Source of the DNA: Flavobacteriales bacterium
Lineage (GTDB): Bacteria > Bacteroidota > Bacteroidia > Flavobacteriales_D > Sanyastnellaceae
Assembly (NCBI GenBank): GCA_011522855.1
Contig: WTID01000005.1
Coordinates: 42,965 to 80,755, forward strand
Direction: 5' to 3'
DNA length: 37,791 nucleotides
Under the pieces are notes generated by a model. The model saw only the letters and a program-made list of their open reading frames with translations. It ran no database searches and was not told the DNA's origin. Each line of letters opens with the position of its first letter. Positions within the stretch are counted from its first letter, which is position 1. Below, one piece after another: positions 25,401 to 31,508 of this stretch. Position numbers and translations under genes: made by a program.

Positions 25401-28400
25401 GATTGTGGCCGTCTCGTCGTAGTTGAAGGCATCGGCCGAAGTGCATCCGCGGCAGCTGAAGAACTCACAGGAGCCGTCGTTCAACGTGGCCGTCTCGTCG
25501 TAGTTGCACGCGATGTCGTTGGTACAACCGGCGCAGCTCGTGGTGTCACAGGAACCGTCGTCCACGTTGGCGTCCAGGTCGAAGTTGCAGGCGAGCGGAT
25601 CGGTACAACCGGGGTACTCGCAGGAGCCGTCGTTGAAGTCGGCCGTGGCGGAGTAATTCGATGCGGCGTCATCGGTACAGCCACCAAAGACACAGGAGCC
25701 GTCATCGAGAAGGGCGTCCGCCTCGTAGTTGGCGGCGGTGGCATCCGTGCAGCCATAGCAGTCGAACGTACAGGAGCCATCGTTCTCCGTGGCGGCCGGA
25801 TCGTAGTTGCAGGCGCCTTCGTTGTTGCAGCCCTGGACCTCGTTGAGGTCACAGATGCCATCGAAGTCGGCGTCGCTGATGCAGGATCCGTCACACTCGT
25901 AGCCGTAGTCGGCGTACCAGCAGGTGCCATCGTCATCCGTCGCGTCGGCGCTGAAGTTGCAGGCCGTGTCGTCCATGCAGCCGGGGACCTCGTCCTCGTC
26001 ACACACACCGTCCTCATCGAGGTCGTTCAAACAGATGCCGTCACAATCGAAGTGGGTGGCGCCGTACAGATCCTCGGGGAACAGACAGTTGTCGTTGTCC
26101 GTGTAGGCCGTGGACGGATCGTAGTTGCAGGCCGTCTCCAACTGGCAGCCACATTGGGGCTCACCCCAGCGGAGGGTCTGGAATTGCATGTTGTCGCCGT
26201 CTCCGTTGGGGAAGACCTGGACATACACCTGGCCACTGAACACGCCGTCCGTGGTGAACTGACCAATCAGCACACGCAGGTCGTCGCCAGCGGCTCCGTT
26301 GGAAGAGCCGTTCAAGGAGAACCAGCCGCCGCCATAGGCGCCACCGAGTTCGATGTTGCCTCCGGCCTCGAAGGCGCTCACCCAGGACTCGCCCTCGACG
26401 AGGGTCACTTCGCCTTCACCGGCAGCCGGATCGGCCGTGCTGGTGAGGCCGACGGTCACCCAGCTGTCGTAGACGAGCGGCGGGAAGGCGTCGTAGAGCA
26501 TGCCGTTGATGCCATGGGCACTGGCGGCGCCGAGCGGATCCTGATGGAAGCTCGTGCTCGTCCGGATGTAGGTGGGGTTCTCGGAATCGCCGGTCACGGC
26601 GCTGAGGAAGTCGTCCGCGCTCTCCATGGTCACGTAGACCTGGTACGTGGTCATGCCGTCGATGCCGTCCTCGATCGTGTCGATGTCGAGGTTGTACGGA
26701 CCGCTGGCCGGGTACACCCCGTCACAGGAACAGTAGTCGCAAGACCCGTCGTCCGCGGTGGCCACGGCATCGTAGTTGCAGGCGAGGGCGTCCGTGCATC
26801 CAAGGCTCTGCAGGACCGTAATGGTTTGCGTGGCCGTGGCGGCATTGCCGCAGGCGTCCACGGCCGTGAAGGTCCGGGTCACCAGGGTGTAGTCGTTGGC
26901 GGAATCGTCCGTCTCGTCGGCGCTCAGGATGGTGGCGCTGCTGCAGTTGTCCGCCGCTTCGGCCGCATCCGTCGGAAGCGCGTCGTAGATGCTGATGGTC
27001 ACGTCTGCCGGCACGCTCGAGAAGATGGGCGCGACGGTGTCGATGATCTGAATCGTCTGGACATGCTGGGTGCTGTTGCCACAGGGATCAGCCGCCGTGA
27101 AGGTCCGGGTGATCGTGGACTCACCGGCACACTCCCCGTCCTGGGTCTCTTCGGACAGGCTGATGGTCACGTCGCCACAATCATCTGCCGCCTCGATGGT
27201 GGACGCGGGCACGGTGGCGTCACAGGCGATGGCCGTGTCGGCCGGGAATGCCGTGATGGTCGGAGCCTGGGCGTCGACCACGGTGATGACCTGGATGCTC
27301 ACGGATTCATTGCCGCAGGCATCGGTCACACGCCACGTCCGGGCGATGTTCTCGCCGACGCAGGGGTCCATGTTGAACAGGTCGGCATCGTTGTAGGTCA
27401 CCGTGTACTCATCGCAATCGTCCGCGACGGTCACGTCACCCGTGGTGGCGGGGCTGAGGTCGGAACCGCAGGCCACCGTCAGGTCAGCCGGAGCTTCGAA
27501 AACAGGAGCGTCGTCGTCGATGACGGTCAGCGTCCAGGTGGCGGTGCTGCTGTTGCCGGCGGCGTCCGTGGCCGTGTAGGTCCGGGTGATGATGGTCGTA
27601 CAGGCGTCGCCGGAGGTGGTCTCCTGCAGGTCGACCGTGAAGTCGGAACAGGTGTCTTCCACCGTCACGTCGGATCCGGGCAGCGCCTCCTCGCATCCGA
27701 GGGTGAGGTCGGCCGGGAAGTCCACAAAGGCCGGAGCCGTCGTGTCGACGTGGGGACCGAAGGTGAGCATCACGAGCTCACCGAGGCCGTCGGCCTGTCC
27801 GTGCGGGAAGACCTGCACGTAGAACTGGCCGCTGGGCGTGCCATCGGTGGTCAGCTGGGCGAGCAGGACGCGCTGGTCAGCACCCGACACACCGTTGGTG
27901 TTGTCGCTGGTCACGTACCAGGCGCCACCGAAGAAGCCGTCAATGGCGAAATCCTGACCGGCCTCGAACTCGGCGGTCCAGCTTTCGCTGTCAGCCTCGG
28001 CATAGCTGATGTTGGCCTCACCGGCGGCGAGGTCGGGCATCTGGTCGATGCCAATGGTCAGCCAGCTGTCGAACTCCAACGAGGGGAAGGACTCGAACAG
28101 AAGCGGGTTGATGCCATTCGGGAAGAGTCCTCCGAGCTCATCCTGGTAGAACGTGCCCGTGCTGGACAGTGCCGTGGGGTTCTCGGAGTCACCGCTGACC
28201 GCGCTGACGAGGTCGTCGGCATTCGGAGTGTGGATGTAGTAGCGGTAGGTCGTCATGCCCGGCACGCCGTCCACGGCCACGATCTCCTGCTCGAGGCTAT
28301 AACCCGCGCTGCTGGAGGTCACATCGGCACAGCAGAAGAAGCAGGAACCGTCGTCGTCGGTGGCGCCGGAGCTGTAGTTGCAGGCCGTGGCGTCCGTACA

Positions 28401-31367
28401 ACCGGCGATCTCCTGTCCGTCGCAGATGCCGTCGGCATCAGCGTCGGCGAGGCAATTGCCGTCACAGTCGACGTGCTCATTGGCCGGGAACGTGCAAGTT
28501 CCGTCGTCGGTCAGGGCATCCGCATCGTAGTTGCAGGCCGTGGCGTCCATGCACCCGGGGTTGGATGAGGACAGAACGGTCGGAATCCCCACGGCTTGAA
28601 GGCCGGCATCGGTCGCTGCCTGGGCTGCTGCAGAGTTGAAGTAGTAGATGTAGCCAATGGCTGCGGCCTCAAGGGACCACCAGTCCGTGACATCCGGCAA
28701 GATGCTGTTCGGCAGGCTGGCCAGGAGGATCAAGGACGTACCGTTCGTGTATTGGTTCAAATCCAAGGACGTGTTGGTGCAGGCGGTCAAGACCGAAGCA
28801 TATCCGAGACCGTCCATGTTGTTTCCAGAAATGGCCAGATTGTTGGCCTGTCCGGCCACGACTCCGGAGGTCCAGGGAGCGCCATTGACCAACACCTGCT
28901 GGATGTTGTAGAAGTGGTTGTTGGAGATGGTCACCCCCTCGGTGTTGTCCCCCAGCGAAATTGCGGTACCGGACACGCCGTGAATCTCGTTGCCATCGAT
29001 CAGGATGTTGGACGGCGGGTTGACGGGATCCGAATTGCCCCAGCACAGGATGCCATAGGACAACGGCGAGCTGTTGCCAGGGTTGGACAAGGCCATTCCG
29101 CTGATGTCATTGTTCTGGATGGACACATTGGAGGCGCCGGGGTTGACCGTGATTCCAGAGTACGTGCTCGCATCCCCCACCAGGGTGAAGTTGCTGATGC
29201 TCACACCGTCCACATCGGAGGCGATGGAGATACCGACACCAAGGCCGGAGACATCGAGGGTGCTTCCATTTCCGTTCAGGGAAAGGCCCTTGTCGACCGT
29301 GATGCTTTCCGAAAGGGTGATTCCGGAGACCACTTCGAGGGCATCGCCAGCCGAAGCGGCGTCAATGGCGCCCTGCAGCGTGGTGTGGGCCGTACCGGCT
29401 GTGGTGTTGTTGACGTCGTAGCAGATGTCGCAGCTGTTCCAGCAGACGACCGGGAGGGTCGCAGTGCCGGTCACGTCGACTACGCGGTTGACGAATTCAG
29501 CGGGATCGGTCGTGCAGGACTCGGTGCCGTCGAAAGACTCGGACGCATCCCAGCCATTGACGGTGTATTTGTACTCCTGCAGTCCCTCGGTGAGGGCCAC
29601 CGTGAAGGTGTAGACGCCGTCGCCGTCGGAATCGTCCATGGCGTTGCAGCCACCACACCATCCGTTGTAGGTGCCGTTCAGGAAGACGCCGTCCCCGGCA
29701 TTCAGCCCATACTGGCTCATGTCGACTTGGAAGGTGACGTTGTACTGGCAGGACGCATCGTCCACGAGGGCGGTGCTGTCGTAGTTCAAGGCGTCGGAGT
29801 CCATGCAACCGGCGTTTTCCACGCAGGCCTCACAGCTGTTGTAGCAGACCAGATCCAACGTCAGGGGAGCGTCAATCAGCTCGAAGCCGCGGTTGGCGAA
29901 CCCGTCGTTGGGGTTGTAGTCACACGGAGCGCCCACGGGGAGCTCCTCCTGGGCCGTCCATCCGTTGATCGTGAACTTGTATTCGACCACGCCGGGGGCG
30001 AGCGGCAGGGTGGCGGTCCAAACGCCGTCGGCATCGTCGTCAGCGAGCGGATTGCAGGCGCCGCACCACCCATTGAAGCTGCCATTGACGTAGGCGATGT
30101 CCCCGTCTTGCAGACCGGCCTGGCTCATGTCGACCTGGAAGGTGACGTTGTAGAGGCAGGATCCGTCATCGGTGGTCGCCGTGGCGCTGTAGTTGGTGGC
30201 ATCGTCGTCCGTGCAACCGAGGGCGGCCTCGGCCTGCTCGTCGCAGGTCAGGCAGCTGCCGTAGGTGTCGGTCGTGGTCGAACCCGCCGCCGTGAGGCGG
30301 TTGGCGTAGGTGGCGGCATCGGTGACCGCGGCGCAGGCTGCTCCGGCCTGGGCGTCATCGATGAGGTTTTCCTGGGAAGCCCAGTTGTCGATCATGTACT
30401 TGTACTCCACATCACCGGCCGGAATGCACACGGAGACGCTGTACACGCCGTCTCCGTCCTCATCGGACAGGGTGTTGTAGGCCTCGGCACCGCACCAGCC
30501 GCACCAAGGGCCGGTCACGTGCACGGAGGAGAAGGTCTCGCCGCTGCAGGACATGTCCACGGTGAACGTGGTCGGCGTGGTCAGGCAGTTGCCGTCGCAG
30601 TCGAAGTTGGCGGCTGCATAGGTGCAGGTGCCGTCATCCTCGGTGGCCGAGTCGTCATAGTTGCAGGCGTTGCTGTCGGTACACCCGGCGCTGCCGCAGG
30701 ACACGGTCTGGAAGCCGAAGGTGTTCTCGATCAGGAGGGACTGGTCTCCGTTGGGGAAGATCTGGATGTAGAACTGCCCGCTGAGGTCACCGTCGGTGGT
30801 GGCCTGCGCGAGGAGCACCTTCTGATCGGCACCGGAGATGCCGTTGGCGCTGCTGGGCAGAATGTACCATCCCCCGCCGATGGGCGAGCTGATGTCCACG
30901 TTGCCGCCGGCGCCGAACCCGATTTCCCAGGAAGCGACGTTGGGGTCGACAAGCAAGGAGATGTCGGTCTCACCCGCGCCGAGGTCCGGCTGCTGTTCGA
31001 TTCCGATTGTCACCCAGCTGTCGTACAGGACATTCTCCAGTCCCGGCATGGTGTAGAACAAGGGGTTGATGGCCGCAGGGGTCGTTCCACCCAGAGCGTC
31101 CTGATAGAAGGACGTGGTGGTGTTGAGGAACAAGGGATCCGTAGCATCTCCAATCACGGCGGACACGAAGTCATCCGTGGAGGGGGTGTTGAGATACACC
31201 CGGTAGGTGGTCAAACCGGCGACCACATCCGTGGCCACGGTCTCCACCGAGAGCGAGAATCCCGCCATGTCTCCAGTGGACTGGAAACAGGCGTTCTGGG
31301 CATTCGCGGTGCCAAAGAAGGTCACCAGCAAACAAGCGAGGGAGTACAGTTGAAAGCGCATGTTCAT
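19500..31367 (-). CDS. giant secreted Cys-rich mosaic surface protein / putative adhesin (3,955 aa)
   Basis: Uninterrupted frame. The ATG at 31367 gives the signal peptide MNMRFQLYSLACLLVTFFGTANA-Q. The upstream part of the 4,464-aa ORF-track entry is antisense to ffh and is discarded. Modular repeats are listed as separate features. Confidence 0.9.
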   Translation of the reverse strand: MNMRFQLYSLACLLVTFFGTANAQNACFQSTGDMAGFSLSVETVATDVVAGLTTYRVYLNTPSTDDFVSAVIGDATDPLFLNTTTSFYQDALGGTTPAAINPLFYTMPGLENVLYDSWVTIGIEQQPDLGAGETDISLLVDPNVASWEIGFGAGGNVDISSPIGGGWYILPSSANGISGADQKVLLAQATTDGDLSGQFYIQIFPNGDQSLLIENTFGFQTVSCGSAGCTDSNACNYDDSATEDDGTCTYAAANFDCDGNCLTTPTTFTVDMSCSGETFSSVHVTGPWCGWCGAEAYNTLSDEDGDGVYSVSVCIPAGDVEYKYMIDNWASQENLIDDAQAGAACAAVTDAATYANRLTAAGSTTTDTYGSCLTCDEQAEAALGCTDDDATNYSATATTDDGSCLYNVTFQVDMSQAGLQDGDIAYVNGSFNGWCGACNPLADDDADGVWTATLPLAPGVVEYKFTINGWTAQEELPVGAPCDYNPNDGFANRGFELIDAPLTLDLVCYNSCEACVENAGCMDSDALNYDSTALVDDASCQYNVTFQVDMSQYGLNAGDGVFLNGTYNGWCGGCNAMDDSDGDGVYTFTVALTEGLQEYKYTVNGWDASESFDGTESCTTDPAEFVNRVVDVTGTATLPVVCWNSCDICYDVNNTTAGTAHTTLQGAIDAASAGDALEVVSGITLSESITVDKGLSLNGNGSTLDVSGLGVGISIASDVDGVSISNFTLVGDASTYSGITVNPGASNVSIQNNDISGMALSNPGNSSPLSYGILCWGNSDPVNPPSNILIDGNEIHGVSGTAISLGDNTEGVTISNNHFYNIQQVLVNGAPWTSGVVAGQANNLAISGNNMDGLGYASVLTACTNTSLDLNQYTNGTSLILLASLPNSILPDVTDWWSLEAAAIGYIYYFNSAAAQAATDAGLQAVGIPTVLSSSNPGCMDATACNYDADALTDDGTCTFPANEHVDCDGNCLADADADGICDGQEIAGCTDATACNYSSGATDDDGSCFFCCADVTSSSAGYSLEQEIVAVDGVPGMTTYRYYIHTPNADDLVSAVSGDSENPTALSSTGTFYQDELGGLFPNGINPLLFESFPSLEFDSWLTIGIDQMPDLAAGEANISYAEADSESWTAEFEAGQDFAIDGFFGGAWYVTSDNTNGVSGADQRVLLAQLTTDGTPSGQFYVQVFPHGQADGLGELVMLTFGPHVDTTAPAFVDFPADLTLGCEEALPGSDVTVEDTCSDFTVDLQETTSGDACTTIITRTYTATDAAGNSSTATWTLTVIDDDAPVFEAPADLTVACGSDLSPATTGDVTVADDCDEYTVTYNDADLFNMDPCVGENIARTWRVTDACGNESVSIQVITVVDAQAPTITAFPADTAIACDATVPASTIEAADDCGDVTISLSEETQDGECAGESTITRTFTAADPCGNSTQHVQTIQIIDTVAPIFSSVPADVTISIYDALPTDAAEAADNCSSATILSADETDDSANDYTLVTRTFTAVDACGNAATATQTITVLQSLGCTDALACNYDAVATADDGSCDYCSCDGVYPASGPYNLDIDTIEDGIDGMTTYQVYVTMESADDFLSAVTGDSENPTYIRTSTSFHQDPLGAASAHGINGMLYDAFPPLVYDSWVTVGLTSTADPAAGEGEVTLVEGESWVSAFEAGGNIELGGAYGGGWFSLNGSSNGAAGDDLRVLIGQFTTDGVFSGQVYVQVFPNGDGDNMQFQTLRWGEPQCGCQLETACNYDPSTAYTDNDNCLFPEDLYGATHFDCDGICLNDLDEDGVCDEDEVPGCMDDTACNFSADATDDDGTCWYADYGYECDGSCISDADFDGICDLNEVQGCNNEGACNYDPAATENDGSCTFDCYGCTDATAANYEADALLDDGSCVFGGCTDDAASNYSATADFNDGSCEYPGCTDPLACNFDLDANVDDGSCDTTSCAGCTNDIACNYDETATLNDGSCEFFSCRGCTSADAFNYDETATIDDGSCLFGGCTDTDADNYDATVDFNDGSCEYGGCTDPQACNFFIGANVDDGSCEYTSCAGCMVTFACNYDPTATLQDDSACDFTTCCGDPAADNYEDGVADFLTYGCTYGGSAPSIEFVGCELPFACNFGDTENDCEFSSCAGCTDPAACNYDADATISVTCLYAVDFYGVDYVDCDGNCLNDANANGLCDETEVMGCTNPLACNYTDGATFDDGSCDTTSCAGCTDAAACNYDAAASINDGTCDYASCSGCTDATACNYDATATSDDGGCVFPASAFVDCNGDCLNDSNANGICDEQETLGCTDLEACNFDINATFDDGSCESTSCAGCTVATACNYDATATLNDGSCDFTSCLGCIDATACNYDATATTDDGSCTYPEPEYDCDGNCLVDSDGDGICDAFDGNFEGCMDELACNYQPLADTDNGSCDYCSCAGYTTDMPEYGVEIEEYALNGIPGYTTYRIYITMPNATDQVSAVTGQTENPLYVETTGDFYQHPNGGVFPNGINPILYDFFPEIQYDSWFTIGIDAVPNTSLGQGSVQGLPEPDPWSGPFEAGNGFTIDDIIGSGWFVNPDVTNGVAGDDHKVLLAQLTTNGELSGQFYVQVFPEGSNLNQERVTLTFGGSQCGCTDETACNYSPSAIIDDESCYYPQFGYECDDVCLFDSEAPVFTETPEDMEISCTAASMDVEYPAATDNCDTDLDFSYFDEILDGPCGETYDIVRSYVVTDNFGYADTVSHVIHVVDNSAPVFTNVPADATLECGDPLPTNLAVAVDNCNGVTITYVDEMTETGCGGTGTLVRTWSAEDACGNVNTAVTTYTIEDTTAPTIENLPADVTLSCEDEYDFPMPTASDACGTVDLTEEMTTQAGTCANQYTLIRTFTAIDACGNFSQAIQAVTVVDETAPAFSGLPADTTLECGEAIPATAVTADDLCSGAINVTFSDVETTLDACTYQVVRTFSAEDDCGNTATHDWTITFEDTTAPTFTAPADVTLDCSADTTPAGAGDVTDAADACDADPTVSFSDAVTDGQFSLDGLTADLRVELRLNNLAAFPRVLEATGVTIGDGVELDLDDQVSNPINLRGALSVDIAGDQINLSVLDVIGSESYDYIEVRISNISGAGLVGAQLGANSLFVDASTAEYSQSVSSEEIVLSWTEVAGSMMSITSGGAASMTAQGASNCISGNIITRTWTVTDACGNSTSAQQVITLEDMTAPVFDFAPADQTLDCSDDYTLEMATATDACSGVAVTYADSESFPCDGSRVIERTFTAIDGCGNVSTHLQTISFLDTTAPVFTSTPEDLALECSEELPVTEATASDDCGSVTVTYSDETVQGDCAGDFTVLRTFTAEDGCGNSATHLQTIVFTDNTAPVVTSAPADTSYQVVAGQSIPVDMPEAEDACGTVTITFVDVCTEQGLGGYTATRTFTIADDCGNSTEVAQAITVTFALGCDDPAALNFDPDAMAGDGSCLYAGCTNPEALNYNPLADEDDGSCVVADIEGCTDPSACNYFEPANVDDGSCDYCSCVNAPVIDGYSIELETVAEDAIPGMTTYRLYVTMVNPTDVLSSVVGENGLETYINTSTSFYQDPFGGALGQVINPILFGIQPALEYDSYVTIGLTQAPNLLAGEVEVTAVQSEDANWIEPFEAGGNITIDGSFGGAWFTLNGATNAQAGDDLRVLLGQFTTSGTLSGQISLQVFPEGDGENDLVMTFPIGNPGCGCTDESACNYVDGATSDDGSCTYTGIYDCDGETCMNDGDGDGICDELEVAGCTNPNALNYDASATDEDGTCLLLGCTDPEADNYDASANVDGECSYPMEGCTDAAAVNYDATALVDDGTCLFLGCMDPEADNYDPNANVAGFCAYPTEGCTDAAAANYDENALIDDGSCLYPGCTDETALNYDPSANFDSGCILPLEGCTDPQAENYNPLANTNDGSCEYTPPCPGDLNGDGTININDLLDFFQIYGSDCPQ
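19503..19589 (-). other. C-terminal dockerin / EF-hand-like Ca-binding motif bracketed by two Cys
   Basis: aa 3927-3955, CPGDLNGDGTININDLLDFFQIYGSDCPQ. The DxNGDGxIxxxDLL pattern equals one half of a type-I dockerin. Confidence 0.55.
19590..20264 (-). repeat. C-terminal array of 8 Cys repeats (GCTDxxAxNYDxxAxxDDGSCxY) plus one TSP3-like motif
   Basis: aa 3702-3926. The last six units alternate between two subtypes, forming a ~49-aa super-repeat present three times. Confidence 0.8.
20265..20816 (-). repeat. unassigned ~185-aa module, copy 5
   Basis: aa 3518-3701: GMTTYRLYVTM...FYQDPFGG...INPILF...YDSYVTIG...FEAGG...GGAWF...DDLRVLLGQFTTSGTLSGQ..QVFPEG. Confidence 0.8.
21069..23414 (-). repeat. 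8 tandem HYR-like (Ig-fold) modules; the fifth is split by an insertion
   Basis: aa 2652-3433. The ~80-aa period has the pattern D..AP.F...P.D.T..C......A.D.C........C....RT.T..D.CGN......I... Confidence 0.7.
23526..24074 (-). repeat. unassigned ~185-aa module, copy 4
   Basis: aa 2432-2614: GYTTYRIYITM...FYQHPNGG...INPILY...YDSWFTIG...FEAGN...GSGWF...DDHKVLLAQLTTNGELSGQFYVQVFPEG. Confidence 0.8.
24075..26153 (-). repeat. main array of ~21 Cys repeats (CxxACNYDxxAxxDDGSC) interleaved with 5 TSP3-like DCDGxCxxDxDxDGxCDxxE motifs
   Basis: aa 1739-2431. Two adjacent ~104-aa higher-order units at 24255..24881 are roughly two-thirds identical by eye. Confidence 0.85.
26154..26696 (-). repeat. unassigned ~185-aa module, copy 3
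   Basis: aa 1558-1738: GMTTYQVYVTM...FHQDPLG...INGMLY...YDSWVTVG...FEAGG...GGGWF...DDLRVLIGQFTTDGVFSGQVYVQVFPNG. Confidence 0.8.
26802..27746 (-). repeat. 4 tandem HYR-like (Ig-fold) modules
   Basis: aa 1208-1522, with the same ~80-aa pattern as 21069..23414 (DTTAPAFVDFPADLTLGC ... RTYTATDAAGN ...). Confidence 0.7.
27747..28304 (-). repeat. unassigned ~185-aa module, copy 2
   Basis: aa 1022-1207: GMTTYRYYIHT...FYQDELGG...INPLLF...FDSWLTIG...FEAGQ...GGAWY...ADQRVLLAQLTTDGTPSGQFYVQVFPHG. Confidence 0.8.
28557..29411 (-). other. right-handed parallel beta-helix (PbH1 / pectate-lyase-fold-like) region
   Basis: aa 653-937. Successive ~22-aa rungs are rich in G/N/I/S (ISIASDVDGVSISNFTLVGD, GITVNPGASNVSIQNNDISG, NILIDGNEIHG, GVTISNNHFYN, NLAISGNNMDG). 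Confidence 0.6.
29412..30569 (-). other. three CBM20/CBM48-like (E-set) beta-sandwich modules separated by single Cys repeats
   Basis: aa 267-652. Each unit has VTFQVDMS...V.V.G.FNGWCG...D.DGDGVW/Y...L..G..EYKY/F..NGW. Confidence 0.6.
30684..31295 (-). repeat. unassigned ~185-aa module, copy 1
   Basis: aa 25-228: GLTTYRVYLNT...FYQDALGG...INPLFY...YDSWVTIG...GGGWY...ADQKVLLAQATTDGDLSGQFYIQIFPNG. Confidence 0.8.
31296..31367 (-). other. Sec signal peptide of the giant protein
   Basis: MNMRFQLYSLACLLVTFFGTANA|Q: basic N-region, hydrophobic core and an A-x-A cleavage motif. Confidence 0.8.
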
Positions 31368-31508
31368 GCAGTTAAGCGCATCTAAGATAGCTCTTTTGTC
31401 CAAGACTTCTACAGTTTCATCTAAGTTTTTTTCTGTTTCGTCGTCATTTTGAACACTTACAGGCAGCTCAGGGCCCTCCCCTTTCCCCGGTCTACCTTTG
31501 CCGTCCCC
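31368..31508. promoter_or_regulatory. AT-rich divergent promoter region between the giant gene and ffh
   Basis: This is the lowest-GC stretch I saw in the window (tctaagatagctcttttgtccaagacttctacagtttcatctaagtttttttctgtttcgtcgtcatttt). An exact -7 box, TACCTTTG, lies at 31493-31500, 8 nt before the ffh ATG. A near box, TATCTTAG, lies on the minus strand at 31382-31389, 14 nt before the giant-gene ATG. Confidence 0.45.

Noticed and set aside
24075-26153. Possible CRISPR-like or tandem DNA repeat array, because of the ~70-nt periodicity
   Set aside because: The periodicity is that of a coding 22-24-aa protein repeat inside an intact ORF. The units are diverged at the DNA level, there is no repeat-spacer structure, and there are no cas genes.
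19311-28568. 3,085-aa plus-strand ORF, together with the 929-aa ORF at 28596..31385
   Set aside because: Both are codon-aligned antisense to the giant gene. Their translations are low-complexity Val/Gly/Arg/Ala-rich with no motifs. The open frame is fully explained by avoidance of TTA/CTA/TCA in the sense gene, which itself has clear modular protein repeats and a signal peptide.
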